Assembly (NCBI RefSeq): GCF_006345805.1
Contig: NC_043001.1
Span: forward strand, 125,922,001-125,986,000
Source: Octopus sinensis
Taxonomy: Eukaryota
Reading direction: 5' to 3'
Length of the DNA: 64,000 nt
Below the pieces are notes generated by a model. The model did no database searches. It saw only the letters and a program-made list of their open reading frames with translations, and was not told the origin of the DNA. Shown piece by piece: positions 24,481-36,370 of the stretch (its first letter is position 1; each line of letters begins with the position of its first letter). A program made the position numbers and the translations under genes.

Positions 24481-26055
24481 ACCAATATTATTTCCCTTGA
24501 ATGGTTGTTCCTTAGAGGGTGCTGGCAGGTTGCATATTCCAGTGACCAAATGAGCAATGTCAAAAATCTATTGCTCCTGTCTGTACATGCCACTCAAGGT
24601 GGTAATATCAAAGAAGAGAACGCAGACTGAACGTGACAAACCCAATGTCAAGATCCCAACCCCAAAAATAGAGCAAGCAAATGTAAACAATAAAAGTTGA
24701 TCTAAATAATATTTGATCAAGCAAAGGAGTTCAATATCAGAAGGACTGGCAAAAAAGGTGCCACTTGAGACCATAACTAAATCACCTGATAGTGCCGATT
24801 TCATTAGATATATATGTGCCACAAAGGATGGTCTTGAAACTACAGTGAGTGGGTCATTTGCTGGCATGCTGAGATTTATGGTAAAAAAATTCCTTTAACA
24901 GTAAGGAACTGAAATTTTTGGACACGAGAAATCGCTGACAATAATGAAAATAATTTAGATAACCGTGGAAGTACAAGAAGTAACTCAAGATATGTTTCAA
25001 TTTTATTAGATCTCCTCAACAAAGCTCAGACCTCACCGTTTTCACTGAAGTGGTAATGAAAGAACTACTAAGTAAACATGTACTATTATACATAAACATG
25101 TATATTAGAAAATTAGCATATTTTGGAGAAGATATTACTCATGCCATCAGCATGAAAAGCAATTATAAGGTTAAGTGTTATCATATCTAATGTAATGAGA
25201 AGCAAAAAAAAAAAAAACATGAAAGAGACACAATTATGCAGTGAAGAAACAGCATTAATTAATGACTAATATTACTTCAATTATTCAACACTTAATTTAA
25301 TCTACTCTGGAACAGTAAAGTGAAAATCGTTTGTAATTAGATTTGAATTCAGGATGTAAACAATTGTAACAAAATACTGCAAAATATTTACACTGACACT
25401 GTTTCCACTACCCTACTGCCATCATGTCATGAGGACAGTAGGGTAGCAGAAAAAAAAATGGTAATGGCAATAAAGGGATAGACAAGAACAGGAAGATATA
25501 TGATGCATGGTAATCGTGTATAATTCATAAACTAACAGACTCTCTTCCTCAAACAAAAACTGCTCAGTAGTTAGAAAAAAACTCTTATATCAGTATGTGC
25601 TTGCACGTTTCACATAGCTCAGATGTCTCTAACTTAATTACTGACAAGGAGTGAAACTGCTGTGTAAACATTCTTCTCAATGTTGCCAATGTCTGTGTTG
25701 TAAACCTAACCCATCGCCACCATATGCAGCTGCTGCTTTGTCTTGTCTCACAGATGGACTTCATTAAAACAAGCTTTCAAGTCTACAGCTGCTATTATGG
25801 AAAAAAAAAAAAATAGCTGAATCTTTTCAAACCCTCACACCAGTTACTTTTATGCTTTTTTTTTAAATTTAAATTTTATTTTTTTTACTGGTTTCAACCA
25901 GTAGACTGTGACCATATTCACACACCACCATAAAGGGTCCAGTACTAAAATGCAAAATGGTCATCAATATAAAGAGAGTTAATACAGTAAAGCATAGACA
26001 TAGGCTACTTTTGTAGGAATGCATCAGTTTGGGATAGCCAAAGAGCCAGTAAGCA

Positions 26056-26104
26056 TCTTTTCTGATGAGGGGACAACTATCTCTGAAACAGGTTCATAAG
26101 AAGA
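26056..26104 (+). ncRNA. Candidate orphan hammerhead relic
   Basis: TCTTTT-CTGATGA-GGGGA(caacta)TCTCT-GAAA-caggttca-TA-AGAAGA. Stems I and II pair with G:U wobbles; stem III is imperfect. Confidence 0.4.
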
Positions 26105-26109
26105 CCTAC

Positions 26110-26313
26110 TCTTTTACTTGCTTCAGTCATTTGACTGCGGCCATGCTGGAGCACCGCCTTTAATCGAGCAACTCGACCCCGGGACTTATTCTTTGTAAGC
26201 CCAGTACTTATTCTATCAGTCTCTTTTGCAGAACTGCTAAGTTACAGGGACATAAACAGACCGGCATCGGTTGTCAAGCGATGTTGGGGGGACAAACACA
26301 GACATACAAACAT

Positions 26314-26351
<38 letters not shown>

Positions 26352-26673
26352 CTTTCTCTTTCTCTTTTACTTGTTTCAGTCATTTGACTGTGGCCATGCT
26401 GGAGCACCGCCTTTAATCGAGCAACTCGACCCCGGGACTTATTCTTTTGTAAGCCCAGTACTTATTCTATCGGTCTCTTTTGCCGAACCACTATATATAT
26501 ATACATATATACAACGGGCTTCTTTCAGTTTCCGTCTACCAAATCCACTCACAAGGCTTTGGTCGGCCCGAGGTTATAGTAGAAGACACTTGCCCAAGGT
26601 GCCACGCAGTGGGACTGAACCCGGAACCATGTGGTTGGTAAACAAGCTATTTACCACACAGCCACTCCTGCGC
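26110..26673 (-). mobile_element. SINE A cluster (two 3' modules, one 5' module)
   Basis: cttttacttgyttcagtcatttgactg occurs at about 26110 and 26365; the 5' module is at 26510-26673. Confidence 0.8.
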
Positions 26674-26999
26674 TATTTTTATATTTACTTAAGGGCAAAA
26701 CAAAATATTTTCACATTCTCTGCATTATCTACAGCTAAGGTTTTCAAATATATAACTGTAGATTTATCTCCATTAGACAAGGTATGCATGCATGCCTGTA
26801 TGACAAGCAACAGCACAACTTCCATCTACCAAAATTTATTTTACCTGCAAGGTATTGGTTAACCCAAGGCTATAATAGTAGTCATATGCCCAAAGCACCT
26901 CACAGTGGGATTGAACCTGGAGCCACATTACTGCAAGGTGAGTACCTTAACAACATAACCAGGTCTTCTTTCATAATTTCTACTGGTTACTTCATCTAA

Positions 27000-27930
27000 A
27001 CCAGGAAGGGAAATTCTCAACAGAGGAGGGCTGACGAGTTCAACAGAAATTATTTTAATTTTAGAAGTGAGAACAATTGATTACATACACCCTGGAAAGA
27101 ATAAGTGAATTCTAAGTGGGAATTTGAACTTGGTACATACAGGCCAATATCAAAATACCATAAGGGAGTTTGATTGTATCTTTATCCATTCTGCCAAATG
27201 ATTTCTAAATTTGGCGCTTTTTTTATTTTTTATTTTTTTTATAAGGAAAGGCAATGGGGTGTTATAGTTGATGAATACTGACCTCAATAGATGAATGGAA
27301 ATGATATATTACTGGTACTGATAGGGAGATGAAAAGGTAACTGAATTCAGGATCTGAATTCAGAAATGTAGAGGGATGAAACTAAATTACTATTGTTTCT
27401 AGACACAAGGCTAAAAACTTTTGAGGAAGGGATGTTAACTGATTAAATTAACCCCAGAACTTAATTCATGCTTTATTTTATTGCTCCTGAGAGGATGAAA
27501 GACAAAGTTGACCTCAGTAGGATGAGGACCAGAACAAATAACACATATCAATCTGTCTGTACATCACTAACAATTCTGCCAATCCACCATGTTTTTTTTT
27601 TCTTTTTTAATTAATTATTTCTAATTTAGGCATGAGGTCTGCAATTTTTAAGCTAGAGGGCTGGTTGATTACATTGACCCAAATACTTGATGAGTACTTT
27701 ATTTTGTCTAAAGGAGATGAAAGGCTAATTTTAGTGTCTGGGGGAATGAAAGACCTTGGTGAGATTTAAACAGAATGCAAGGAACTGGAACAAATACTGC
27801 AAGGTATTTTATCTGATGCTCTTGTGATTCTACCAATTCGCAGCACTAATGATAATGATGATGATGATGGTGATAATCATCCTTTCTACAAAAGGCATAA
27901 GGCCTGAAATTTGGTGGGATGGGTGCTAAG
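27000..27930 (-). mobile_element. Cluster of diverged minus-strand SINE B fragments
   Basis: Repeated ggatgaaaggc.aagttgacct...gaatttgaactc-like motifs. Confidence 0.55.
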
Positions 27931-27939
27931 TTGATTACT

Positions 27940-28430
27940 AGCACACCGGGCGAAATGCTTAGCGGTATTTCATCTGCCGTTACATTGTGAGTTCAAATTC
28001 CGCCGAGGTCGACTTTGCCTTTCATCCTTTCGGGGTCGATAAATTAAGCACCAGTTACGCACTGGAGTCGATGTAATCGACTTAATACCTATGTCTGTCC
28101 TTGTTTGTCCCCTCTATGTTTAGCCCCTTGTGGGTAATAAAGAAATAGGTATTTCATCTGTCTTTACATTCTTAGTTCAAATTTCACTGAGATCAACTTT
28201 GCCTTTCATCCTTTCGGGGTCGATAAGTTAAGTACCAGTTGCATACTGGGGTTGATCTAATCGACCCCCCCCCACCCTCGTCCCCCAAAATTTCGGGCCT
28301 TGTGTCTAGAGTAGAAAAGGATGAAAGGCAAAGCTGACCTTGGCAAAATTTGAACTCTGAACATAATCTCAGAAGAAGTGCCACTAGGCATTTTGCCTTG
28401 TGCAGTAATGATTCTGTCAGCTCATCACCT
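27940..28430 (+). mobile_element. SINE B tandem (27940-28320) plus an inverted fragment (28320-28430)
   Basis: The second unit starts at gtatttc after the tail agaaatag. Confidence 0.75.
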
Positions 28431-28448
28431 TAATAACAACAGCAGTAG

Positions 28449-28818
28449 CATCATCATCATTATTGTTCGACCGTAGTTGAGACAATGGAATTTACCACGC
28501 TACGCCAGACTTCACGGTTCATCATAGCATTACGGGGATCCTGTTGCTGGATGCCTGTATCCCTGGAGATTACATCAGGGTAGGAGAGTGTGCGCCCTCT
28601 GGTATTGCGAGTAGATGGCTTCCAGAGGAGAAAGTAGAAATTGCCTTGTTTTCAGCTCTACAACAATGTCCAGCAAACTGGAGTCTCCTACCTTTCACAA
28701 GAGATGACAAAGGTGGTAGTTTCCCATATATTTGCATTTTGGTTGGATGGCGCTTCCACGAGAGATTTTGAGCTCTCATAAGGAGGCGAGAGTAGGTTCC
28801 ATCCAACAAGCCTCTCAA
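28449..28818 (-). mobile_element. 3' end of a second RTE-clade LINE with a (TGA)n tail
   Basis: LDGTYSRLLMRAQNLSWK...RRLQFAGHCCRAE, then after a frameshift YPDVISRDTG...MNREVWRSVVNSIVSTTVEQ*, followed by (TGA)n. Confidence 0.88.
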
Positions 28819-29242
28819 GCAGTAGCAGTAACAGCAACAACAACAATAATCACATACAAGATACTATCAATCCAATAGAACACTCTTCACACACGCTATA
28901 CAACAAGCACTTAATAACCTAAAGCAACACAACTCATGCAACATATACCAGACAGGACTAAGACCCAGTAAAATATAAAATAACACAACTCACATTACAC
29001 ACACCACGCAAGACAGAACATACCCCAGTACAACAAGAAACATGAAACTAAACCCTATAACAAAACAAACTGGTGCAGTACACCAATAGGACGAGTCTAT
29101 ACTCTGCCAATCCCTGCAAAATAAGAATGCAATGCAGCATACACCTCAAGAACAAGGAGATGCACCGGGAGATGCACCAGGAAATGCAGGAGAAACCTGC
29201 ATGAAGCTACCAAAAAAAAAATGCTCACAATAATAATAAATA

Positions 29243-29648
29243 CTCTTTTACTCTTTTACTTGTTTCAGTCATTTGACTGTGGCCATGCTGGAGCACCGCC
29301 TTTTGTCGAGCAAATCGACCCCGGGACTTATTCTTTTGTAAGCTCAATACTTATTCTATCGGTCTCTTTTGCCGAACCGCTAAGTGACGGGGGACGTAAA
29401 CACACCAGCATCGGTTGTCAAGCAATGCTAGGGGGACAAACACAGACACACAAACACATACATATATGCACACATATATACATATATACGACAGGCTTCT
29501 TTCAGTTTCCGTCTACCAAATCCACTCACAAGGCATTGGTCGGCCCGGGGCTATAGTAGAAGACACTTGCCCAAGATGCCACGCAGTGGGACTGAACCCG
29601 GAACCATGTGGTTGGTTAGCAAGCTACTTACCCCACAGCCACTCCTGC
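29243..29648 (-). mobile_element. SINE A
   Basis: Full-length reverse complement. Confidence 0.88.
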
Positions 29649-30147
29649 ACCTATATGTTTAAAAATGTTTTTTTTAAATTCTTAAATATTTTTCTTTCTT
29701 TTTTTTTTTTTTTGGTGGTTCCTCTCACCCAGCCACCCCCCTGGTGCTATTACAGAGCTTCAATATTTTCTGACATTGCTGACTGACAACATAGTAGCAT
29801 GAGATGCATCTGTGACAAATTCAAAGGAACTGAGGCTCAAATTTTAAATTAGAATATTCCAAAGAGGGAATCTATTTGATTTGCATTGTCAATGAAATAT
29901 GTCAGAGAACGATCAGAATCAAAAGCACTAGAGAGAGGAGGAGGAGAAGGAGGAGGAAAAGTGGCAATGGTGGTGGTGGTGGTGGTAGGGGTGGTAGGGG
30001 TGTTGCTAATGTATATGCCTTCCCACCCCTCCATGCCTTCTATTCCAAGCCCACATCTTTTACAGATGAATTCCAGAAGATGAGTCAACAGGATGTCTAT
30101 CAGATTCAACGTTAATTATTGGAGCAACAGTTACTGAGCTGAATAAT

Positions 30148-30195
<48 letters not shown>

Positions 30196-30260
30196 TGGAT
30201 GTTTTTACACACACACACACACACAATAGTGTGTATATATATAAATAGGTGCACCTAGCA

Positions 30261-30296
<36 letters not shown>

Positions 30297-30524
30297 CAAA
30301 CATGTAGAATATAGGGCTTACTTGCAAATTGGAAAGGATTTCTCTTGGCTTATGATGTATATGTTATTCTATATATTTTATAAATGTATGTATGTATTTA
30401 TTTATTTATTTATGTATGTATGCACGTATATGCACATACATATGCACACAAACGTGTGTATTTCTGCATCTATTCACATTTATAAATACATGTGTGTGTG
30501 TGTGTGTGTATCATTTTTTTTTTT

Positions 30525-30718
30525 TACTTGTTTCATTTAACTGTAGTCATGTTGGAGCACTTGCCTTGAAGCGTTTTTGTCGAACAATTCGACCCTAGGG
30601 CTTATTTCTAAGCTCAGTAATTATTCTATCAGTCTCTTCATTGAACTGGTAAGCTACAGGGACATAAACACACCAACTTCGGTTGTCAAGTGCTGAAAGG
30701 TGGGACAAACACAGACAG

Positions 30719-30771
<53 letters not shown>

Positions 30772-30920
30772 TAGGACAGACATTTTTCAGTTTCCATCTG
30801 CCAAATCCACTCACAAGGCTTTGGTCAGCCCAAGGCTATAGTAGGTGCTCTAGGTGCCACACAGTGAGACTGAACCTGGAACCATGTAGTTGGGAAGCAA
30901 GCTTCTTACGACACAGCTAT
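30525..30920 (-). mobile_element. SINE A, older copy
   Basis: Diverged, both modules present. Confidence 0.75.
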
Positions 30921-30943
30921 GCATGTATTATATATATATATAT

Positions 30944-31140
30944 GACCTCGTGTGTACCGTTGGCGGTTTTTTTTTCCTCTGTCTTCCCTTCTCTGGATCT
31001 TTCCTTCTCCTATGTTTCTGACCAAGAGCTCCGCTCGAAACGTTAAACCCTCCTTCTTTCCTGAGCGTCCAATAATACTATATTTGTTCCACGTCCTCGC
31101 GTTGTTGTGTTTTTTTGTGCTTTCTTGTTTGGATTAACTT
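30944..31140 (+). mobile_element. Second copy of the hammerhead mini-element (core mutated to CTGACCA), preceded by (TA)n
   Basis: Aligns by eye with 62425-62610 over its full length. Ribozyme motif at 31014-31048. Confidence 0.7.
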
Positions 31141-31151
31141 TATAATATATA

Positions 31152-31705
31152 CAATTTGGTTTTGTGCCAAGGAGAAGCACCACTGATGCTATATTTCTGG
31201 TAAGGCAGCTGCAGGAGAAATACCTGGCCAAAGGAACACATGGGACAAAGTGGTGAAGCATGATCTTCGAACTTTGGGCCTCATGGAGGCAAAGTGGCTG
31301 AGCTCCTTTCAAGTGTTGGCCCTCTCGGAGGCAATAACTGAGACGTGGTATTATGTTGTGCTTGAGATGAAGCCCCAGCAAGCTAGGTAAAATTGCAGTC
31401 ATTGCAGATATGGGCCTCATGGAGGCAATGACTGAGACATTTGAAGCATTTTTCAAGCATTGGGCCTCACGGAGGCCCAATGCTCGCTTTGTGACTAAGC
31501 TCGCTTTGTGTGTTGGGCTTCATGGAGTTGTGTTTGAAAAGAAGAACCATGAAACTGAGAAAAATCACAATTATTGCAGATACCAGTGTCATGCAAATGG
31601 CATGCAAAAGCACCCATTAGCTCTAGGAGTGGTTGGCATTAGGAAGACTATCCAACCATAGAAACCATTCCAAATCAGACTGGAGACTGGTGCAGCCTTC
31701 CAGCT
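31152..31705 (+). mobile_element. Internally deleted RTE copy: RT motif, C-terminus and D-type 3' UTR
   Basis: QFGFVPRRSTTDAIFLVRQLQEKYLAK is joined to TWDKVVKHDLRTLGLMEA and continues into aaaagcacccatta...gtggttggcattaggaag. Confidence 0.8.
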
Positions 31706-31804
31706 TGCCAGATAAGGAGTGGTGTTTTTGTGTCCACATATATATATATATATATAAACAAAGTTAAATGCGATACAATAAAATTAATTATAATCGCCGG
31801 TGTA

Positions 31805-31847
<43 letters not shown>

Positions 31848-32072
31848 TGTGTGGGTGTCTGTGTTTGTCCCCACAAATATCACCACCATTGCTTGACAAC
31901 TGATGCTGGTATGTTTAAGTCCCCCATAATCTAGCAGTTCAGCTACAGCAACAGACACTAATAGAATAAGTACCAGGCTTACAAAGAAGAAGTCCCGGGG
32001 TTGATTTCTTTGACTAAAAGCCTTTAGGGCAGTGCTCCAGCATGGCTGCGGTCACATGTCTGAAACAAGAAA

Positions 32073-32565
32073 ATATATATACATACACACACACACATAT
32101 ATATATACACACATATACATATATATATATATATACATACATATATATATACATATGTATATATATATGCATACATATATATATGCATACATATATATAT
32201 ACATACATATATATATACATATACACACACATATATATACATATATACACACACCACACATATATATACATATATACACACACACACATATATATATACA
32301 TATATATATATATACACACACATATATATATACACATATATATATATACACACATATATATACATATGTGTATATATACACACACACACATATATATACA
32401 CATATATATTCATATACACACATATATATATACATTCACACATACATATACATTTACACATATATATACATTCACACATATATACATATATATATATACA
32501 TTCACACATACATACATACATACACACACGCACACACATACATACATACATACATGTATACATAT
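32073..32565. repeat. Complex (TA)/(CA) microsatellite
   Basis: Direct inspection. Confidence 0.9.
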
Positions 32566-33221
32566 TAGTTGCATGTGTGTGCTTATGTGTTCAACATATG
32601 CAGTGCAGCAGTCTGCTCAGTTGCACTAGAAATACCCACACTATCATCTGCAAAGATGGTGATGAAATTGATTTTTTTTTCTCTATCCTTTTATTTCTAT
32701 ATTCCTAGAAATTCCATGTTTATTTCTTCAGGCTCACCATAAAGGGGGAAAAAAGGGGGGGGAGAAATGGAGTATTAATCTTTGAATGTTGAGAAATGCT
32801 TAAAAACTGATGGCAGATATAGTAATTTATATGGGCATGTTTATTCACCAAGAAAGGAAATGCAAATGGTTTGCTTGAATATAAAGAACAACAGGCTCAG
32901 GAGAAGCCGATAGCTATCGAGCTTTAGAGGGAGACAAAATTATCCCTTAAAAAAGAAAAAAAAAAAGTGTAATACAAATGCCAAGATCGCTGGCTGAAGG
33001 AGTATAATATTAGACTACATCTGAATGCATTGCAGGGAGAGCAAAGCAAAGATATTCCCAGCGAGCACTAATATTGCTTAGTCACCGACTGAGCTGATAC
33101 AGTGGTTTCCAGCAAACAGCTGACAAAGGATATGTCCTGCATTCAACAGTTAGTAAATAAATGGGTTTTCATGCATTCCTATGATGAGTATTCAGTCATT
33201 CAATCAGCTGAACCACTTGCT

Positions 33222-33641
33222 TACTCTCTCTCTTTTACTCTTTTACTTGTTTCAGTCATTTGACTGCGGCCATGCTGGAGCACCGCCTTGAGTCGAGCAA
33301 ATCGACCCAGGGACTTATTCTTTGTGAGCCCAGTACTTATTCTATCGGTCGCTTTTGCCGAACCGCTAAGTGACGGGGACATAAACACACCAGCATCGGT
33401 TGTCAAGCAATGCTAGGGGGACAAACACAGACACACAAACATATACACACAAACTTATATATATATATATACATATATACGGCAGGCTTCTTTCAGTTTC
33501 CGTCTACCAAATCCACTCACAAGGCATTGGTCAGCCCAGGGCTATAGCAGAAGACACTTGCCCAAGATGCCACGCAGTGGGACTGAACCCGGAACCATGT
33601 GGTTGGTTAGCAAGCTACTTACCACACAGCCACTCCTGCGC
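33222..33641 (-). mobile_element. SINE A
   Basis: Full-length reverse complement. Confidence 0.88.
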
Positions 33642-33879
33642 CTATTGAAAATAACTGTATAAGTAGCTGAACATTCCATAGGCATATGTGCCCCTTCACA
33701 TGATTCTCAAACTCAGCATGATACAGTGTGAGAAGGTCTGGGCATCCAAATTACAGTTACAAGCCTTCCAACAGGCATCCACTCAGAGGGTTAAATAGTT
33801 TGGATTGATTCCAAACTATTTAACCCTCTAGCATTCAGATTACTCTATCAAATGCAATACTTATCTTTTCATCTATCTT

Positions 33880-34149
33880 TTCTTTTATTTGTTTCAGTCA
33901 TTAGAGTGTGGCCATGCTGGGGCACCACCTTGAATTTTTAGCCAAATGAATCGAACCCAGTACTTGTTTTCTTCTAAGCCTGGTGCTTATTCTGTCAGTC
34001 TCTTTTGCCAAACTCCTAAGTTATGGGGACGTAAACACACCAACACCGGTTGTCAAACAGTGGGGGAGGGGGCAAACACAAACACACACACACACATATA
34101 TATGTGTGTGTGTGTGTGTGTGTTTTTGCGTCTGTGTTCGCCCCCCCCA

Positions 34150-34180
<31 letters not shown>

Positions 34181-34571
34181 CTCATTTACTTGTTTCAGTC
34201 ATTTGACTGCAGCCATGCTGGAGCACCACCTTTAGTCGAGCAAATCGACCCTGGGACTTATTCTTTGTAAGCCCAGTACTTATTCTAACGGTCTCTTTTG
34301 CCGAACCGCTAAGTGACGGGGACGTAAACACACCAGCATCGGTTGTCAAGCAATGCTAGGGGGACAAACAGACACACAAACATACACACACACATATATA
34401 TATACATATATACGACAGGCTTCTTTCAGTTTCCGTCTACCAAATCCACTCACAAGGCATTGGTCAGCCCGAGGCTATAGCAGAAGACACTTGCCCAAGA
34501 TGCCACGCAGTGGGACTGAACCCGGAACCATGTGGTTCGTAAGCAAGCTACTTACCACACAGCCACTCCTA
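33880..34571 (-). mobile_element. Old SINE A 3' module followed by a young full SINE A (34183-34571)
   Basis: Two successive copies in the same orientation. Confidence 0.8.
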
Positions 34572-35214
34572 TATCCATATACATATATATATACACGATG
34601 AACTTTCAGTTTCCATCTATCAAATCCATTCACAAGTCTTTGGTTGACCTGAGGCTATTTTTGTGAGGCTGAATCTCCTTGAGAACTATTTTAATGTTAT
34701 GCACGTTTGTGGGGTACTCAGACATTTGTGTGTTAATTTTATCCTCATGTGGTAATGCAGAGTGAAATTGACAGCCAATATTTGCTGTGTCAATGTATCT
34801 ATATATGAACTTTTCTTTGGTTTTATGTATCTGTCTCTCTCTCTTTCTCTTCCTTTGTGTCCCTCTTTGTTCCCACTTTTGATTTAACTCTGTATCTACT
34901 TCTCTTGCTATGTGATAAACATTTAAAACTATAAAATGAATGCCGTCACCACTACTGTCTCTTTCACTCTCTCTTTCTCTCTTACGTCCTCTCCCTCTCT
35001 CTCTTACGTCCTCTCTGAAACATTTAAAAACACAAAACGAACGCTGTCACCATTCACTCTTTCTTTCACTCTCTCTCGCTCTCCCACTCTCTTTCTTCTT
35101 CTGTCCTCCTCTCTTTCGCTTTGCCTCATCAAAGAAGTAAGTGTGACGCACACAACAGGTACGTACTAAAACAAAAAGTTAGCGTATTGATATTATTGAT
35201 GATAATAATCCTTT

Positions 35215-35400
35215 CTACTAAAGGCACAAGGCCTGAAATTTTCAGGGAGGGGGTAACTAGCCAATTACATCAAGCCCAGTGTTTCACTGATACTTAATTT
35301 ATCAACCCAGAAAGGCTGAAAGGCAAAGTCAATCTCGGTGGAATTTGAACTCAACATGTAAAGACAAATGAAATGCCGCTAAGCATTTTGGCCAGTGTGC
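35215..35400 (-). mobile_element. SINE B (tail variant 2)
   Basis: cctttctactaaaggcacaaggcctgaaattt...gaatttgaactc. Confidence 0.7.
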
Positions 35401-35957
35401 TAATAATAATAATAATAATAATAATAATGTTTGTCCATCATTGTTGACAATGACCAGGGCATTGTATAGGAGAAAATAGGTTAAGATGCATCTGGTTGTG
35501 GCCAATCACACTGACGCGTGCTCGGAAGGTTCTGCTGGGAATGAAGGCAAGAAGTTGGCTCTGGACTTGCATAGCTTACATTTTCTTAGAGCTCCTGTGA
35601 TCCTATTCTGTGTGTGTGTGTGTGTCTTTGTGTCTGAGGATGTCCCCCACCACAGCCTGACAAGAGGTGTTGTGTTTACATCCCCTTCACTTAGCAGTTC
35701 AGAAAAGAGACTGATAGAATAAGTACCAGCCTTAAAAAAAAAAAAGAAAATGTGTCTAGTCCATGCTGCAGAGTGGTTGGTTATTGAAAGGATATCCATC
35801 CATCATCCATCTATAAGAATTATGCGGAACAACAGAAATTGATGATTTCTCTTGTATTTTGTGACAGATGATTTAAAGGCTGCAACACATGTCCAAACCA
35901 TGTTAGTACAGACATAAAGACAGACAATGATGATGGTGGAGGTAATGATGATGATGC

Positions 35958-36370
35958 GGCGAGCCGGCAGAAAAGTTAGCACGCCGGGCGAAATGCTTAG
36001 CGGTATTTCGTCTGCCGTTACGTTGTGAGTTCAAATTCCGCCGAGGTCGACTTTGCCTTTCATCCTTTCGGGATCAATAAATTAAGTACCAGTTACGCAC
36101 TGGGGTCGATGTAATCGACTTAATCCATTTGTCTGTCCTTGTTTGACCTCTCTGTGTGTAGCCCCTTGTGGGTAGTAGAAATAGGTATTTCGTCTGCCGT
36201 TATGTTCTGAGTTCAAATTCCGCCGAGGTCGACTTTGCCTTTCATCCTTTTGGGGTCGATAAATTAAGTACCAGTTACGCACTGGGGGTCGATGTAATCG
36301 ACTTGATACCTATGTCTGTCCTTGTTTGTCCCCTCTGTGTTTAGCCCCTTGTTGGTAATAAAGAAATAGA
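35958..36370 (+). mobile_element. SINE B tandem dimer
   Basis: Full unit, then a head-truncated unit joined at agaaatag|gtatttcgtctgcc. Confidence 0.85.

Noticed and set aside
24568-24867. Minus-strand ORF containing CLIKYYLDQLLLFTF...FGVGIL, superficially like tetraspanin exon 1
   Set aside because: It lacks FN..FW, has no donor site after a Trp codon in phase 0, and the spacing does not fit TM1. Treated as chance.
35498-35522. GGCCAATCA plus TGACG (NF-Y/CRE-like) words
   Set aside because: Isolated short motifs with no CpG island or other promoter evidence.
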